Source of the DNA: Candidatus Velthaea sp.
GTDB lineage: Bacteria > Vulcanimicrobiota > Vulcanimicrobiia > Vulcanimicrobiales > Vulcanimicrobiaceae
Direction: 5' to 3'
DNA length: 64,000 nt
NCBI GenBank assembly: GCA_965214935.1
Contig: CBDCCS010000021.1
Location: forward strand, 128,001 to 192,000
Shown: positions 10,541 through 19,767 of the stretch, piece by piece
Layout of the letters: the number at the start of each line of letters is the position of its first letter
Numbering within the stretch: the stretch's first letter is position 1
Program-made: the position numbers and the translations under genes
Notes under the pieces: model-generated
Told to the model about the DNA's origin: nothing
Database searches by the model: none
The model's input: the letters and a program-made list of their open reading frames with translations, nothing else

Positions 10541-12586
10541 TTACGTGCCGATCAATTCACGCAACGCGTGCGCAAAAATCTTCGGCGCTTTGCCGCCGAA
10601 CAGCACGCCTTCGTTTCCGCCGATCTGTTTGCGCAGTTCGACCAACTCGTCGCGTAGAGCCGCGGCGGTCTCGAAGTCGAGGTTGGCGGCCGCTTCGCGC
10701 ATCTTGCGCTCGATCTCCGTCGACATTGCCATTGCCACTTCGCGCGGCATTTTCTCTGCTCGTATCGCTTCCGCGCCGTTGGCCGGCTTGCCGACGAGCG
10801 CTAAGATATCGCGCACTTCTTTGCGAACGCTGCGCGGTTCGATACCATGCGCCAGATTGTGCGCGACTTGCCGTTCGCGCCGGCGTTTGGTTTCACCCAG
10901 CGCGCGGGCCATCGATTCGGTAACGACATCAGCATACATGATGACCCGGCCTTCGACGTTGCGCGCTGCCCGGCCGATGGTCTGAATGAGCGACGTTCCC
11001 GAACGCAGATAGCCTTCTTTATCCGCATCGAGAATGCCGACCAGCGACACCTCGGGCAGATCGAGCCCTTCTCGCAGCAAATTGATGCCGACGAGCACGT
11101 CGAACTCGCCTTTGCGCAAATCGCGCAGAATTGCGATCCGCTCGAGCGTCTCGACCTCGCTATGCAGATAGCGGACCTTAATCCCGTTCTCGAGCAAATA
11201 ATCGGTCAAATCCTCGGCCATTTTTTTCGTTAGCGTCGTCACTAAAACGCGTTCGTCGGCGGTCGTGCGCTTGCGAATTTCGTCCATCAGATCGTCGACT
11301 TGATGACGCGTCGGGCGCACCTCGACTTCCGGATCGACAAGGCCCGTGGGCCGGATGATCATCTCGACGACTTGGTTTGATTTCGACATCTCGTACGTTG
11401 CCGGCGTCGCCGAAACGTAGACGATTTGATCGATATGACGATCGAATTCATCGAAGGTCAACGGACGATTATCAAGCGCTGACGGCAACCGGAAACCATG
11501 TTCGACAAGCGATTCTTTGCGCGCCCGATCGCCGCCGTACATGCCGTGTACCTGCGGAATCGTCACGTGCGACTCATCCACGAACATCAGCCAGTCATTC
11601 TGCGGAAAGAAGTCGATGAGACACCACGGCGTCGAGCCCGGTTCGCGCCCGGCCAAGTGCCGCGAGTAGTTCTCGACGCCGTTACAGTAGCCGACTTCGC
11701 GCAGCATATCGAGATCGTAACGCGTGCGCTGCTCGAGCCGCTGCGCCTCGAGTAATTTGCCGTTATCTTTGAAGTGTTTGAGCCGCTCGTCGAGCTCGAT
11801 TTCGATCGCATTGATCGCACGCCCGAGCTTCTCTTCGGGTGTGATGTAATGCTTGGCCGGGAAAATTTTGAGCTCGTCTTTGGATTCAACGTACTCGCCG
11901 GTCAGCTGATTGACGACGTTGATCGCTTCGATGTCGTCCCCGAAGAACTCGATGCGATGCACGAGATCTTCATCGACGCCGACGTATTCGAGCGTGTCGC
12001 CGCGCACGCGAAACGTTCCGCGCACGAGGTTGAGATCGTTGCGCCGGTATTGCATCCCGACAAGTTTCCGCAAGAACGCATCGCGGTCGACCGCATCGCC
12101 GACCTTGATATCGGCGGCGAGTTCCATATAATCGGCCGGCGAGCCAAGACCGAAAATACACGAGACCGACGCGACGATGAGCGTATCGCGCCGCGTGAGC
12201 AACGACTGAGTGGCCGAATGACGCAGCCGCTCGACCTCATCGTTGATCGAGCTGTCCTTGGCGATGTACGTATCGGTGTGCGCGATGTACGCCTCAGGCT
12301 GATAATAATCAAAATACGAGACGAAATACTCGACGGCATTATTCGGGAAAAAATCGCGGAACTCGGCACATAACTGCGCGGCTAGCGTCTTATTGTGGCA
12401 CAGCACGAGCGTCGGCTTTTGTACCAGCTCGACGACCCGCGCCATTGCCATTGTTTTTCCGCTACCCGTGACGCCCAGCAACGTTTGAGCGCGATCGCCG
12501 CGCAGAACGCCGTCGGCAAGGGCGGCCGTCGCGGCCGGTTGGTCACCGGCGAGACCATAAGGCGAGACGAGCTCGAATTTCGGCAT
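10541..12586 (-). CDS. uvrB: Excinuclease ABC subunit B
   Basis: [28 protein letters not shown]-terminal UVR motif; start MPKFEL at 12586. Confidence 0.99.
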   Translation of the reverse strand: MPKFELVSPYGLAGDQPAATAALADGVLRGDRAQTLLGVTGSGKTMAMARVVELVQKPTLVLCHNKTLAAQLCAEFRDFFPNNAVEYFVSYFDYYQPEAYIAHTDTYIAKDSSINDEVERLRHSATQSLLTRRDTLIVASVSCIFGLGSPADYMELAADIKVGDAVDRDAFLRKLVGMQYRRNDLNLVRGTFRVRGDTLEYVGVDEDLVHRIEFFGDDIEAINVVNQLTGEYVESKDELKIFPAKHYITPEEKLGRAINAIEIELDERLKHFKDNGKLLEAQRLEQRTRYDLDMLREVGYCNGVENYSRHLAGREPGSTPWCLIDFFPQNDWLMFVDESHVTIPQVHGMYGGDRARKESLVEHGFRLPSALDNRPLTFDEFDRHIDQIVYVSATPATYEMSKSNQVVEMIIRPTGLVDPEVEVRPTRHQVDDLMDEIRKRTTADERVLVTTLTKKMAEDLTDYLLENGIKVRYLHSEVETLERIAILRDLRKGEFDVLVGINLLREGLDLPEVSLVGILDADKEGYLRSGTSLIQTIGRAARNVEGRVIMYADVVTESMARALGETKRRRERQVAHNLAHGIEPRSVRKEVRDILALVGKPANGAEAIRAEKMPREVAMAMSTEIERKMREAAANLDFETAAALRDELVELRKQIGGNEGVLFGGKAPKIFAHALRELIGT

Positions 12587-12725
12587 GTGTGCTATCCCAA
12601 ACCAAATCAGCGGCGGAGTCGTTGCGCCCCGCCATACAGGCAATTGGACGCCGCATCGCGGATACTTCCGCGCTTACCGGTTGTCGCGCTCAGGCGTCCT
12701 CCGGGGCGAGAGGAGACTCCAGTCA

Positions 12726-13799
12726 GTGATCCAGCCGCCGCTCTTATTTAGCGGAACGTCGAATCGCGAACTTGCGGAAAAAATCGCAAAACGGATGCAG
12801 ACGCGCGTCGGCAACGCGCTGGTCGACCGGTTCAAGAACGACGAATGCCGGATCGAGATTCGTGAGAACGTTCGCGGGGCTGAAGTCTTCGTGTTGCAGT
12901 CGCTGTGCAAATCGCCCAGCGGTTCAGTCAACGACTCGCTCATGGAGTTGCTGCTGATGATCGACGCGTTGCGGCGGGCATCGGCAAACCGCATTACCGC
13001 TGTCGTGCCGTATTACGGTTACGCCAAACAAGATAAGAAAACCAAAGGCCGCGAACCGATCTCGGCCAAGCTCGTCGCAAACATGCTCGAAGTTGCCGGT
13101 GCCGAGCGGCTCGTCACGCTCGATCTGCACGCCGCGCAAATCCAAGGCTTCTTCAATATCCCGGTCGACAACCTGACGGCCGCACCGACGCTTTGTAACT
13201 ACTTGAAAAATCTCGGCTTGCAAGGCGACCGAGTTGTGGTCGTATCACCCGACGCCGGCGGCGTACCGCGCGCCGAAACGTTTGCCAAACGGCTGAAATC
13301 GACGCTTGCGGTGATCATCAAGCGGCGGCCCGAGCCCGACGTTTCGGAAGTTACCCATATTGTGGGCGACGTGCAAGGCAAGATTGCCGTCGTGGTCGAC
13401 GATATGATTTCGACCGGCGGCACACTGGTAAAAGCCGCCGAGGCACTTATCAAGCGCGGCGCAACCGATGTCTACACGCTGGCGACGCACGGGATCTTCG
13501 CCGGCGATGCCGTCAAACAGTTCGCGAACTCACCGATCCGCCGGGTCATCGTCACGGACACGATTCCGCGCAACTTCGACTTGGATGGAGCCGACGGCGA
13601 CAAGATCGAGTTGCAATCGATCGCGCAGATACTCGCCGACGCGATCAAGCGAATAACGTCGAATCGCTCGGTTTCCGAACTTTTCGGACCCGAAGAACTC
13701 GAAGCTGCCGAACGCGGTCTCGACCCGGCGCAGGCGGTCGCTGCAGCTGCCGTTGCGGCAGCGGCCGCCGAAACCGCGCGTACGCCCTCACCCGTTTAA
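12726..13799 (+). CDS. prs: Ribose-phosphate pyrophosphokinase
   Basis: DLHAAQIQGFF, VSPDAGG, DDMISTGGT; GAGGAG SD before GTG 12726. Confidence 0.98.
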   Translation: MIQPPLLFSGTSNRELAEKIAKRMQTRVGNALVDRFKNDECRIEIRENVRGAEVFVLQSLCKSPSGSVNDSLMELLLMIDALRRASANRITAVVPYYGYAKQDKKTKGREPISAKLVANMLEVAGAERLVTLDLHAAQIQGFFNIPVDNLTAAPTLCNYLKNLGLQGDRVVVVSPDAGGVPRAETFAKRLKSTLAVIIKRRPEPDVSEVTHIVGDVQGKIAVVVDDMISTGGTLVKAAEALIKRGATDVYTLATHGIFAGDAVKQFANSPIRRVIVTDTIPRNFDLDGADGDKIELQSIAQILADAIKRITSNRSVSELFGPEELEAAERGLDPAQAVAAAAVAAAAAETARTPSPV

Positions 13800-13808
13800 G
13801 GACCCGAT

Positions 13809-14447
13809 ATGGCTAAAGCTCATTTGCCCACCGACACCCTGACGATCGACGTCCGCACCAAATCCGGGACGACGGCGGCGCGTGCCGTCCGCCGGGCCGG
13901 CAACATCCCCGGCGTCTTGTACGGACACGGTCAACCGACAGCAATTTCGATCGGCGGTAAGGCGCTCGAAGAGCTGCTGACCATGGGCGGCAAGAGCCAC
14001 ATTCTGGATGCAACGATCGGCGGCACGCACGATTCGGTTCTACTGCGCGATGTCCAGCGCGATCCGGTCAGTCATCGCCCGATTCACGCGGATTTTCAGC
14101 GCGTCACCAAAGGCGAAGCAATCGCGGCGACCGTGGCAATCCTCGTCACCGGCGAATCCGCGGCGGTGAAGGACGGCGCGATACTCGATACCGTCACGCG
14201 CACGATCGACGTCAAGGGCGCAGCGGATCGGATTCCCGATCACATCGATGTCGACGTGACCGAACTCGTCGTTCACTCGCACGTGACGGCCGGAGATCTC
14301 GTTCTACCGGCCGGATTCACGCTCGTAACGCCGGCGGAGACGATCATCATTTCGATCGAGGCTCCGCGTACGGCAGCCGAAGTCGATGCGACGGCACCGG
14401 CGGTGCCCGAAGCACCGGTCGCCGAAGCAGCGCCAGCAGCGAACTAG
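13809..14447 (+). CDS. rplY: 50S ribosomal protein L25/Ctc (long form)
   Basis: IPGVLYG, QRDPV...HADFQ; prs-rplY-pth synteny. Confidence 0.96.
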   Translation: MAKAHLPTDTLTIDVRTKSGTTAARAVRRAGNIPGVLYGHGQPTAISIGGKALEELLTMGGKSHILDATIGGTHDSVLLRDVQRDPVSHRPIHADFQRVTKGEAIAATVAILVTGESAAVKDGAILDTVTRTIDVKGAADRIPDHIDVDVTELVVHSHVTAGDLVLPAGFTLVTPAETIIISIEAPRTAAEVDATAPAVPEAPVAEAAPAAN

Positions 14448-14458
14448 CCGTCTCCGGA

Positions 14459-15025
14459 CTTCGGCTTGTTGTCGGTCTGGGCAATCCAGGCCGGCAGTAT
14501 GCTCGTACGCGGCATAATGCCGGCTTCATCGTGCTCGACGAGCTCGCCCGCCGTTTCGGGGTGAGCGACAGTTGGACAACCAAAGACGGTGCGCGTCAAA
14601 TCGTCGATCGCTCGCGTGCCCTCGTGCTGGCCGAACCGCAAACGTTCATGAATCTTAGCGGCGAGCCGGCTCAGCGAATCGCGGCTTGGTATAAAATCGC
14701 GGCGCCCGATATCCTTGTCGTGGTCGACGACCTCGATCTCCCCTTCGGCAAATTGCGGTTGCGCGTTCGCGGGGGCTCGGGCGGACACAACGGGCTCAAA
14801 TCGCTCATCGCGCAATTCGGCGAGGATTTTGCACGCCTGCGGATCGGCATCGGCCGGGACCCATCCGGTGAAGCGATCGATCGCGTGTTGGGAACGTTCT
14901 CTCGTGCCGAAGAAGCGGCGTTGCCGCACGTGGTCGCTGCCGCAATCGACGGCATTTCACACTGGCTTGATGGCCAAACTGTGACCGCTGTCAACTTCAC
15001 AAATAGCTGGGCGATTCCGGTGTAA
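14459..15025 (+). CDS. pth: Peptidyl-tRNA hydrolase (start codon uncertain, non-canonical)
   Basis: In-frame LRLVVGLGNPGRQYARTRHNAGF lies upstream of the ORF-track start; FMNLSG, GGHNGLKS, RLRIGIGR. Confidence 0.95.
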   Translation, partial: LRLVVGLGNPGRQYARTRHNAGFIVLDELARRFGVSDSWTTKDGARQIVDRSRALVLAEPQTFMNLSGEPAQRIAAWYKIAAPDILVVVDDLDLPFGKLRLRVRGGSGGHNGLKSLIAQFGEDFARLRIGIGRDPSGEAIDRVLGTFSRAEEAALPHVVAAAIDGISHWLDGQTVTAVNFTNSWAIPV

Positions 15026-15048
15026 AGCAACGGTATCTCGGCCAATAA
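15023..15048 (+). promoter_or_regulatory. Sigma-28-like promoter
   Basis: TAAA-N14-GCCAATAA, then 7 nt to ATG 15056. Confidence 0.5.
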
Positions 15049-15055
15049 CAATGGC

Positions 15056-15547
15056 ATGAAGGTTCTCATCTTCGGAGGTCTTGCGGCCCTATTCTTATTG
15101 GCGGCAACTCCGAATGAATCGCCATACGAGCCGCTCGTCATCGTACGCCCGGCCGCGGCCGTCGAGCGTGCCGTCGAGGCGCAAGAACTCGTCGCCAACG
15201 TCAATGCATTGCGCGTCAAGCAAGGGCTGACGCCCGTTACCGTCGACAGTCAGCTTTCGCGAGCGGCGCTCTTGTATGCCAAAGATATGGCGGCACGCCG
15301 CTTTTTCGGACATTATTCGCCGGATGGCCGCTCCTTGCCCGACCGGCTCGCTGAAATCGGATATCGCTGGACGGTTGCGGCGGAAAACATCGCGCTCGAT
15401 GCCGATGCACGGCACGCAAATGCCGCTCTCGCCCAAAGTGCGCCCCACCGGGCAAACATACTCGATCCGCGCGTCAGTAAAATCGGCGTTGCCGCGCTGG
15501 GCGTCGGCGAAGGTGCTGCACTCTACGTCGAAGATTTCGCCCGCTGA
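15056..15547 (+). CDS. CAP/SCP-domain secreted protein
   Basis: Signal peptide; VNALR, DMAARRFFGHYSPDG, AENIA, SAPHRANIL. Confidence 0.92.
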   Translation: MKVLIFGGLAALFLLAATPNESPYEPLVIVRPAAAVERAVEAQELVANVNALRVKQGLTPVTVDSQLSRAALLYAKDMAARRFFGHYSPDGRSLPDRLAEIGYRWTVAAENIALDADARHANAALAQSAPHRANILDPRVSKIGVAALGVGEGAALYVEDFAR

Positions 15548-15657
15548 TCAAACGCATTCCGCGTTAACGGACGCGGCCGACGTTGCCCGAACGCTCAGGC
15601 CGTCCACCTCACGAGCCGAAGGGGGTATACGGCGATGATGCGGGGGAGCACAGGCAG

Positions 15658-16323
15658 ATGAATCTCGGACGCAGCCTGGTTTTGCGACTGGACGAAACAA
15701 CGTTGAGTACCGACGGCATGACGCTTTTCTCGGATCTCACGTTCCTGCGCGAACGCGGCGTTCGGCCCGTCCTCGTTGCACCGTCACCGCAAAGTGCACG
15801 CTCCGTCGTGCGGCTGATGAATCGCTCGGGTGACACCGCCGTGGGCGTCTCGGGCGCCGACGCCGGCATGATTCCGGCGGCCGGCGGCAGTAATGTCGGC
15901 GCGGTACAGAGCCGGCTGCTCGATACGTTGCTTAATGCCGGTTACGTGCCGATCGTCGAGCCGCTCGCGCTGGGCATGTTCGGCAAAGAGATTGCCGTCG
16001 CGCCCGATGCGGTGGCAAGCGCCGTCGCGCAATCGATCGCTGCCGCTCGCGTCATATTCTTCAATGACGCCGGCGGCGTCATCGACGCGCAGACGCAACT
16101 TCTGATCGATGAGTTAACGCCGGCCGAAGCCCTGACGCTTGCCGACGATGCGACGTTGAGCGCCGACCTGCGCTCGGCGATCCGGGCCGCGGCACTCGGC
16201 GTCCGCGGCGGCGTCGGCGCAGCGCAAATCGTCGATGGCCGCATTGCCCATGCTGCGATCGTCGAGTTCCTGACCGCGCGCCATTTGGGCACGCAAGTCG
16301 CCGGAACGGTCTTCACGGCGTGA
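15658..16323 (+). CDS. Acetylglutamate-kinase-like protein with degenerate catalytic motifs
   Basis: AVGVSGADA, LLNAGYVPIV, IVDGRIAHA, EFLT...GT resemble ArgB; KxGG, HGGG and NAD motifs are missing. Confidence 0.8.
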   Translation: MNLGRSLVLRLDETTLSTDGMTLFSDLTFLRERGVRPVLVAPSPQSARSVVRLMNRSGDTAVGVSGADAGMIPAAGGSNVGAVQSRLLDTLLNAGYVPIVEPLALGMFGKEIAVAPDAVASAVAQSIAAARVIFFNDAGGVIDAQTQLLIDELTPAEALTLADDATLSADLRSAIRAAALGVRGGVGAAQIVDGRIAHAAIVEFLTARHLGTQVAGTVFTA

Positions 16324-17105
16324 CCGCACTGCGGAGCGGTCTTGCAGCCGCCATCCTTGCCGTCACGCTCGGACTCGCCGCACCGGCCGCCGCCGCTCCG
16401 GCTCCGGCCGGCATCCGCTCGACCGGAACGCTCGTCGTTCGGGCCGTGGTGTCCGGCTCGCCATTGAACGTCGGCGGAACGATCGCACTCTACCGGCGCG
16501 GCAGCAGTTATCGCCTCGACTTGCTGACTTTGGGTTTTCCGGGAACCGATCCGACCGCGAGCGTGCTGGCCGGAGCGTTGCTAGCTCCCGGCGGTGCGAC
16601 GCTGCTCTATGACGGCACGACCGGCGCGATCACCGCCTACTCGACGGGCAACCACGTCTTTTTTCAGCAATTACCGAAAGCTGCCGCGACGTCGGCGCGC
16701 GAAACGGCACCTGCGATAGCTCCGCCCGCCAAGGATCCGCTCGCGCTATTGGCACTTGTCAGCCGGCAACTACATGATGTCGAGCGGGCCGCGATCCAGC
16801 TGACCGGGCACAGCAGCATCAATGGCCATCCGACCGACGATCTCGATATTATGTTGCGGCGCCGGCCCGCCGGACGCGGCGTCGAAGACTATCACGCACA
16901 ATTGAGTTTAGCCGAAGATCTCGACGGTTTTCCCGTACGCATCGCACTGACGAGTACGCCGCCGTCGACTCAAGATTTCGGCGGCTCATTTCGGCTGGAC
17001 CTCACCGCGATCGCCCGCGATACGCCCGACGAAGCGACGTTCGCCTTACCGCCCGGCTTGACGCGTGTCGACTCGCTGGGCGCGGTGCTCCAAGCCGCGC
17101 ATTAA
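16320..17105 (+). CDS. Secreted beta-rich protein (LolA/DUF4412-like fold suspected)
   Basis: Ala-rich signal peptide; G..SINGHPT and PDEATFALPPG; GTGA coupling to the upstream gene. Confidence 0.7.
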   Translation: MTALRSGLAAAILAVTLGLAAPAAAAPAPAGIRSTGTLVVRAVVSGSPLNVGGTIALYRRGSSYRLDLLTLGFPGTDPTASVLAGALLAPGGATLLYDGTTGAITAYSTGNHVFFQQLPKAAATSARETAPAIAPPAKDPLALLALVSRQLHDVERAAIQLTGHSSINGHPTDDLDIMLRRRPAGRGVEDYHAQLSLAEDLDGFPVRIALTSTPPSTQDFGGSFRLDLTAIARDTPDEATFALPPGLTRVDSLGAVLQAAH

Positions 17106-17117
17106 ACGTGATCCCAA

Positions 17118-18380
17118 TTAGCGCGTTACGGGCGAATGCGGACACGGGTCGGCACTACCGCGCATTTCTGCAATACGCGAACCCAAGGCCGGCTGGTCGG
17201 CGAAATACCAGCTCGACGACCGACGGTAACACAACGGGACGAGATCGCGATCGGCGCGCCGAACGAGCAAACGGACCGCGGGAACCGGGTCCCCGAGCGT
17301 TTGACGCGCATCCTCATCAGCGCGGTAGTCGATGCCGCGGACGTACGCGTTATAGACCGGAAACAGCACGAGCGCGACGCCGCCTAAGGTTGCGGCGACG
17401 AGCGCTAAGCGCGAGACCGCATCGTCGTCGCGCCGAAAGCCGATCCGATCGCTGATCAGCACGGCAATCGCCACGGCGAAGATGAACATGCTCGTCGCGA
17501 TCAGCGTCATTTTGAGCACATCCTGATGCCGCACGTGCGCATCCTCGAAGGCAATCACGTACGCGACTTCGCGTGGCGTCGCAGCGGCGATGAAGACATC
17601 GCCGAGCAAGATGCGCGTAAACACGCCGATGCCTGCCGTTCGCGCCGTCAACATTTGCGTATGACGCGACGCGTTGGTCACTTCAACGGGCGCGGCGGCA
17701 ATGACCGGCATCCGTGTGATGCGCGTGAACACCGGTGTAAAAACGACCGGATCGACCGCGACGACCGCGACGGTGACCGCAAAAAGAATCGCAATGAAGG
17801 CGAGATACCACAACCGCGTCCGGTCGACGAGTTCGAGCACGAGGGTCACGGCGCAGGCAGCGCCGCTCGCATCGACAAACGCGCGACCGATATAATCGAG
17901 CAGCCACGCACCGATCCGTTCTTCGCTGAGTCCAACGTTGAAGCCGATGCGATAGTAGATGAATGCAAACGGCAAGCCGGCGAGCGGCGCGAGCACGCCG
18001 AGTGCCGCACCGAAACTCGCGCGATAGAAGATACGCGAACCAAACCGGCGGCGCAGCGCGTCGCGCACGCGAGCGGCCCGGCCCGAACGCCAAAACCAGG
18101 CAAAGGCGTAGACTTGCGCGACGGCCCACGCGAAAAAAACCGCCTGACGTAAGTCGGTGACGGTCCGCGCCGCGCGTTGACGCGCCGGATCGACGAGAAG
18201 CTGCGGCGCACGCGTGAGCAGCGCATGCGCGCTCAGCGCAGTTACACGAACGTCGAAGGGCGTCGGCGCTGGACGCTCGAGCGCGCGTGCGGCGGCCGGT
18301 GATGCGGTCAGGAATGCGACGAGGATGCCGATGCACAACGAGCGGTCAATGCCACGAACGAAGCGCCGTAACCGGCGCAC
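17118..18380 (-). CDS. M48/Ste24-like membrane peptidase homolog with degenerate Zn site
   Basis: Ste24-like TM layout, FTRILLGD, EVAYVIAFEDAH in place of HExxH, DYRAD. Confidence 0.8.
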   Translation of the reverse strand: MRRLRRFVRGIDRSLCIGILVAFLTASPAAARALERPAPTPFDVRVTALSAHALLTRAPQLLVDPARQRAARTVTDLRQAVFFAWAVAQVYAFAWFWRSGRAARVRDALRRRFGSRIFYRASFGAALGVLAPLAGLPFAFIYYRIGFNVGLSEERIGAWLLDYIGRAFVDASGAACAVTLVLELVDRTRLWYLAFIAILFAVTVAVVAVDPVVFTPVFTRITRMPVIAAAPVEVTNASRHTQMLTARTAGIGVFTRILLGDVFIAAATPREVAYVIAFEDAHVRHQDVLKMTLIATSMFIFAVAIAVLISDRIGFRRDDDAVSRLALVAATLGGVALVLFPVYNAYVRGIDYRADEDARQTLGDPVPAVRLLVRRADRDLVPLCYRRSSSWYFADQPALGSRIAEMRGSADPCPHSPVTR

Positions 18381-18388
18381 GTGCTTCG

Positions 18389-19243
18389 CTAGCCGGTTCG
18401 TGCGATCTCGTCCGGGAAAATCTCGGCGTTCTCGACGTCGAAGAGCTTGCGCAACTGTTGCCAGCCGCGGAAATTAGCGCACGCCTGGTCGCGATCGTCG
18501 AGCGGTGTTGCCACGTGTTCGGTTGGACTCCAGTGTCCGTTTGCACCGCCGCTCATCAAGCGTTCGTAGAGTTCGAGGTCTTTACCGATGTCGCGCGTGT
18601 TTTCGTGCGTAAGGTAACTAACGCGCGCACAGCGAGCAACGCTAATTTTGCGCAAGGTCGCCGAATCGAGCGTCGCGCGTTCGTCGGCCGCAACGAGCGG
18701 AAGGTGCCAGTTGCCGGCAGCAACTTGTTCGGGCGTGCTTGTGCGATAAGCCGCAAGCATGAGATTTGCGACGTGCCGGATCTCCGGTTGTGCATCCGGA
18801 TGACAGCGCTGGGTGAAGAAATTCGCCCACTCGGTCGCGCTTACGATGACGGTGATCCAAGCGAATGGTTCGAGCAGCCGGTTCACGAGCTGTTTATGCA
18901 GGTCGATGTCGCGGGCTGCGAGCCGCTCGGCGCTGGCCAGCGCGTTGTTTAACGCATGCCGCCATTCATGTTGAGCCGCTTCGCGCGCCGCTGCGCCGAC
19001 CTCTTCGCGGGCGGCCATCCCGCTTTGATTCTTCCCCCAACTCAGCGGAAACGCCGGGTCGTTGCGGACCTTGGCGATGACTTTTGCAATCGGAATTGCG
19101 CGCGAGCTTGCCGCATTGCGCGAAAAAGCGCGGTGCGTGTTGAATTCCGGCAGGATGAAGCGGTGAAATTTCACTTCCATCGTCGTCAGCCGTGCGCCGG
19201 CCGGTGAGATGCTATCGAGCAACACGCGCGCAGAAGAAGCCAT
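18389..19243 (-). CDS. thyX: FAD-dependent thymidylate synthase (divergent type)
   Basis: EFNTHRAFSRNAASSRAIP, NRLLEPF, AQPEI, ARCARVSY, HWSPTEH; start ATG 19243. Confidence 0.88.
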   Translation of the reverse strand: MASSARVLLDSISPAGARLTTMEVKFHRFILPEFNTHRAFSRNAASSRAIPIAKVIAKVRNDPAFPLSWGKNQSGMAAREEVGAAAREAAQHEWRHALNNALASAERLAARDIDLHKQLVNRLLEPFAWITVIVSATEWANFFTQRCHPDAQPEIRHVANLMLAAYRTSTPEQVAAGNWHLPLVAADERATLDSATLRKISVARCARVSYLTHENTRDIGKDLELYERLMSGGANGHWSPTEHVATPLDDRDQACANFRGWQQLRKLFDVENAEIFPDEIARTG

Positions 19244-19562
19244 ACCCGGCGCAAGTTCGCGCGCGATGCGAACCCGCCATGCTGCCGGCGGTAGATTACC
19301 GAGCCAAGTCCAGCCGCGCCACGACACCTACCGCCCCGGTTGTGCCTAGCCTCAACGAGACGTTCCATCGCAGTGCTTGTGACGAGGTTGCACATTGCGA
19401 ACGTTGAAGCCGACGCCCATTTTTGAGCCAACGCGATGTCCGACTTCGAGCATGTGCTCAAAAAGATCGAGACTTGCGAACGGTTGCGGCGGTAGACGCC
19501 AAGCTCGAACCGCTACGGCGTCCGATCGTTCGCCCGAAGGAACCGGCGACGAAAAATGCCGG

Positions 19563-19733
19563 TTAGACGCTCGAATCCGTGTTTATTCCAAGGCCCAGCG
19601 ATCCGAATAGTGCTTGAACGTCGGCAAGTTGGGTTGCTTGCGATCCGCCGAGCGCCGTTACCGGGTTCGCTGCCGAAGACGTTAGCCCGCCGCTTGAAGT
19701 CGCCGCAGATATCCCGATCGTGTCGATGCCCAT
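19563..19733 (-). CDS. 56-aa micro-protein, YjfB-motility-like C-terminus (not in ORF track)
   Basis: My translation: MGIDTIGISAATSSGGLTSSAANPVTALGGSQATQLADVQALFGSLGLGINTDSSV*; preceded by a sigma-28-like promoter. Confidence 0.7.
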   Translation of the reverse strand: MGIDTIGISAATSSGGLTSSAANPVTALGGSQATQLADVQALFGSLGLGINTDSSV

Positions 19734-19740
19734 ATGCCGG

Positions 19741-19767
19741 GTATCGGCTCAGGCGGGCGACTTCTTA
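19741..19767 (-). promoter_or_regulatory. Sigma-28 (FliA)-like promoter
   Basis: TAAG-N15-GCCGATAC, then 7 nt to ATG 19733. Confidence 0.65.

Noticed and set aside
12587..12725. tRNA or riboswitch between uvrB and prs
   Set aside because: GC-rich stems are present (GGACGCC/GGCGTCC) but no cloverleaf, T-loop or aptamer consensus
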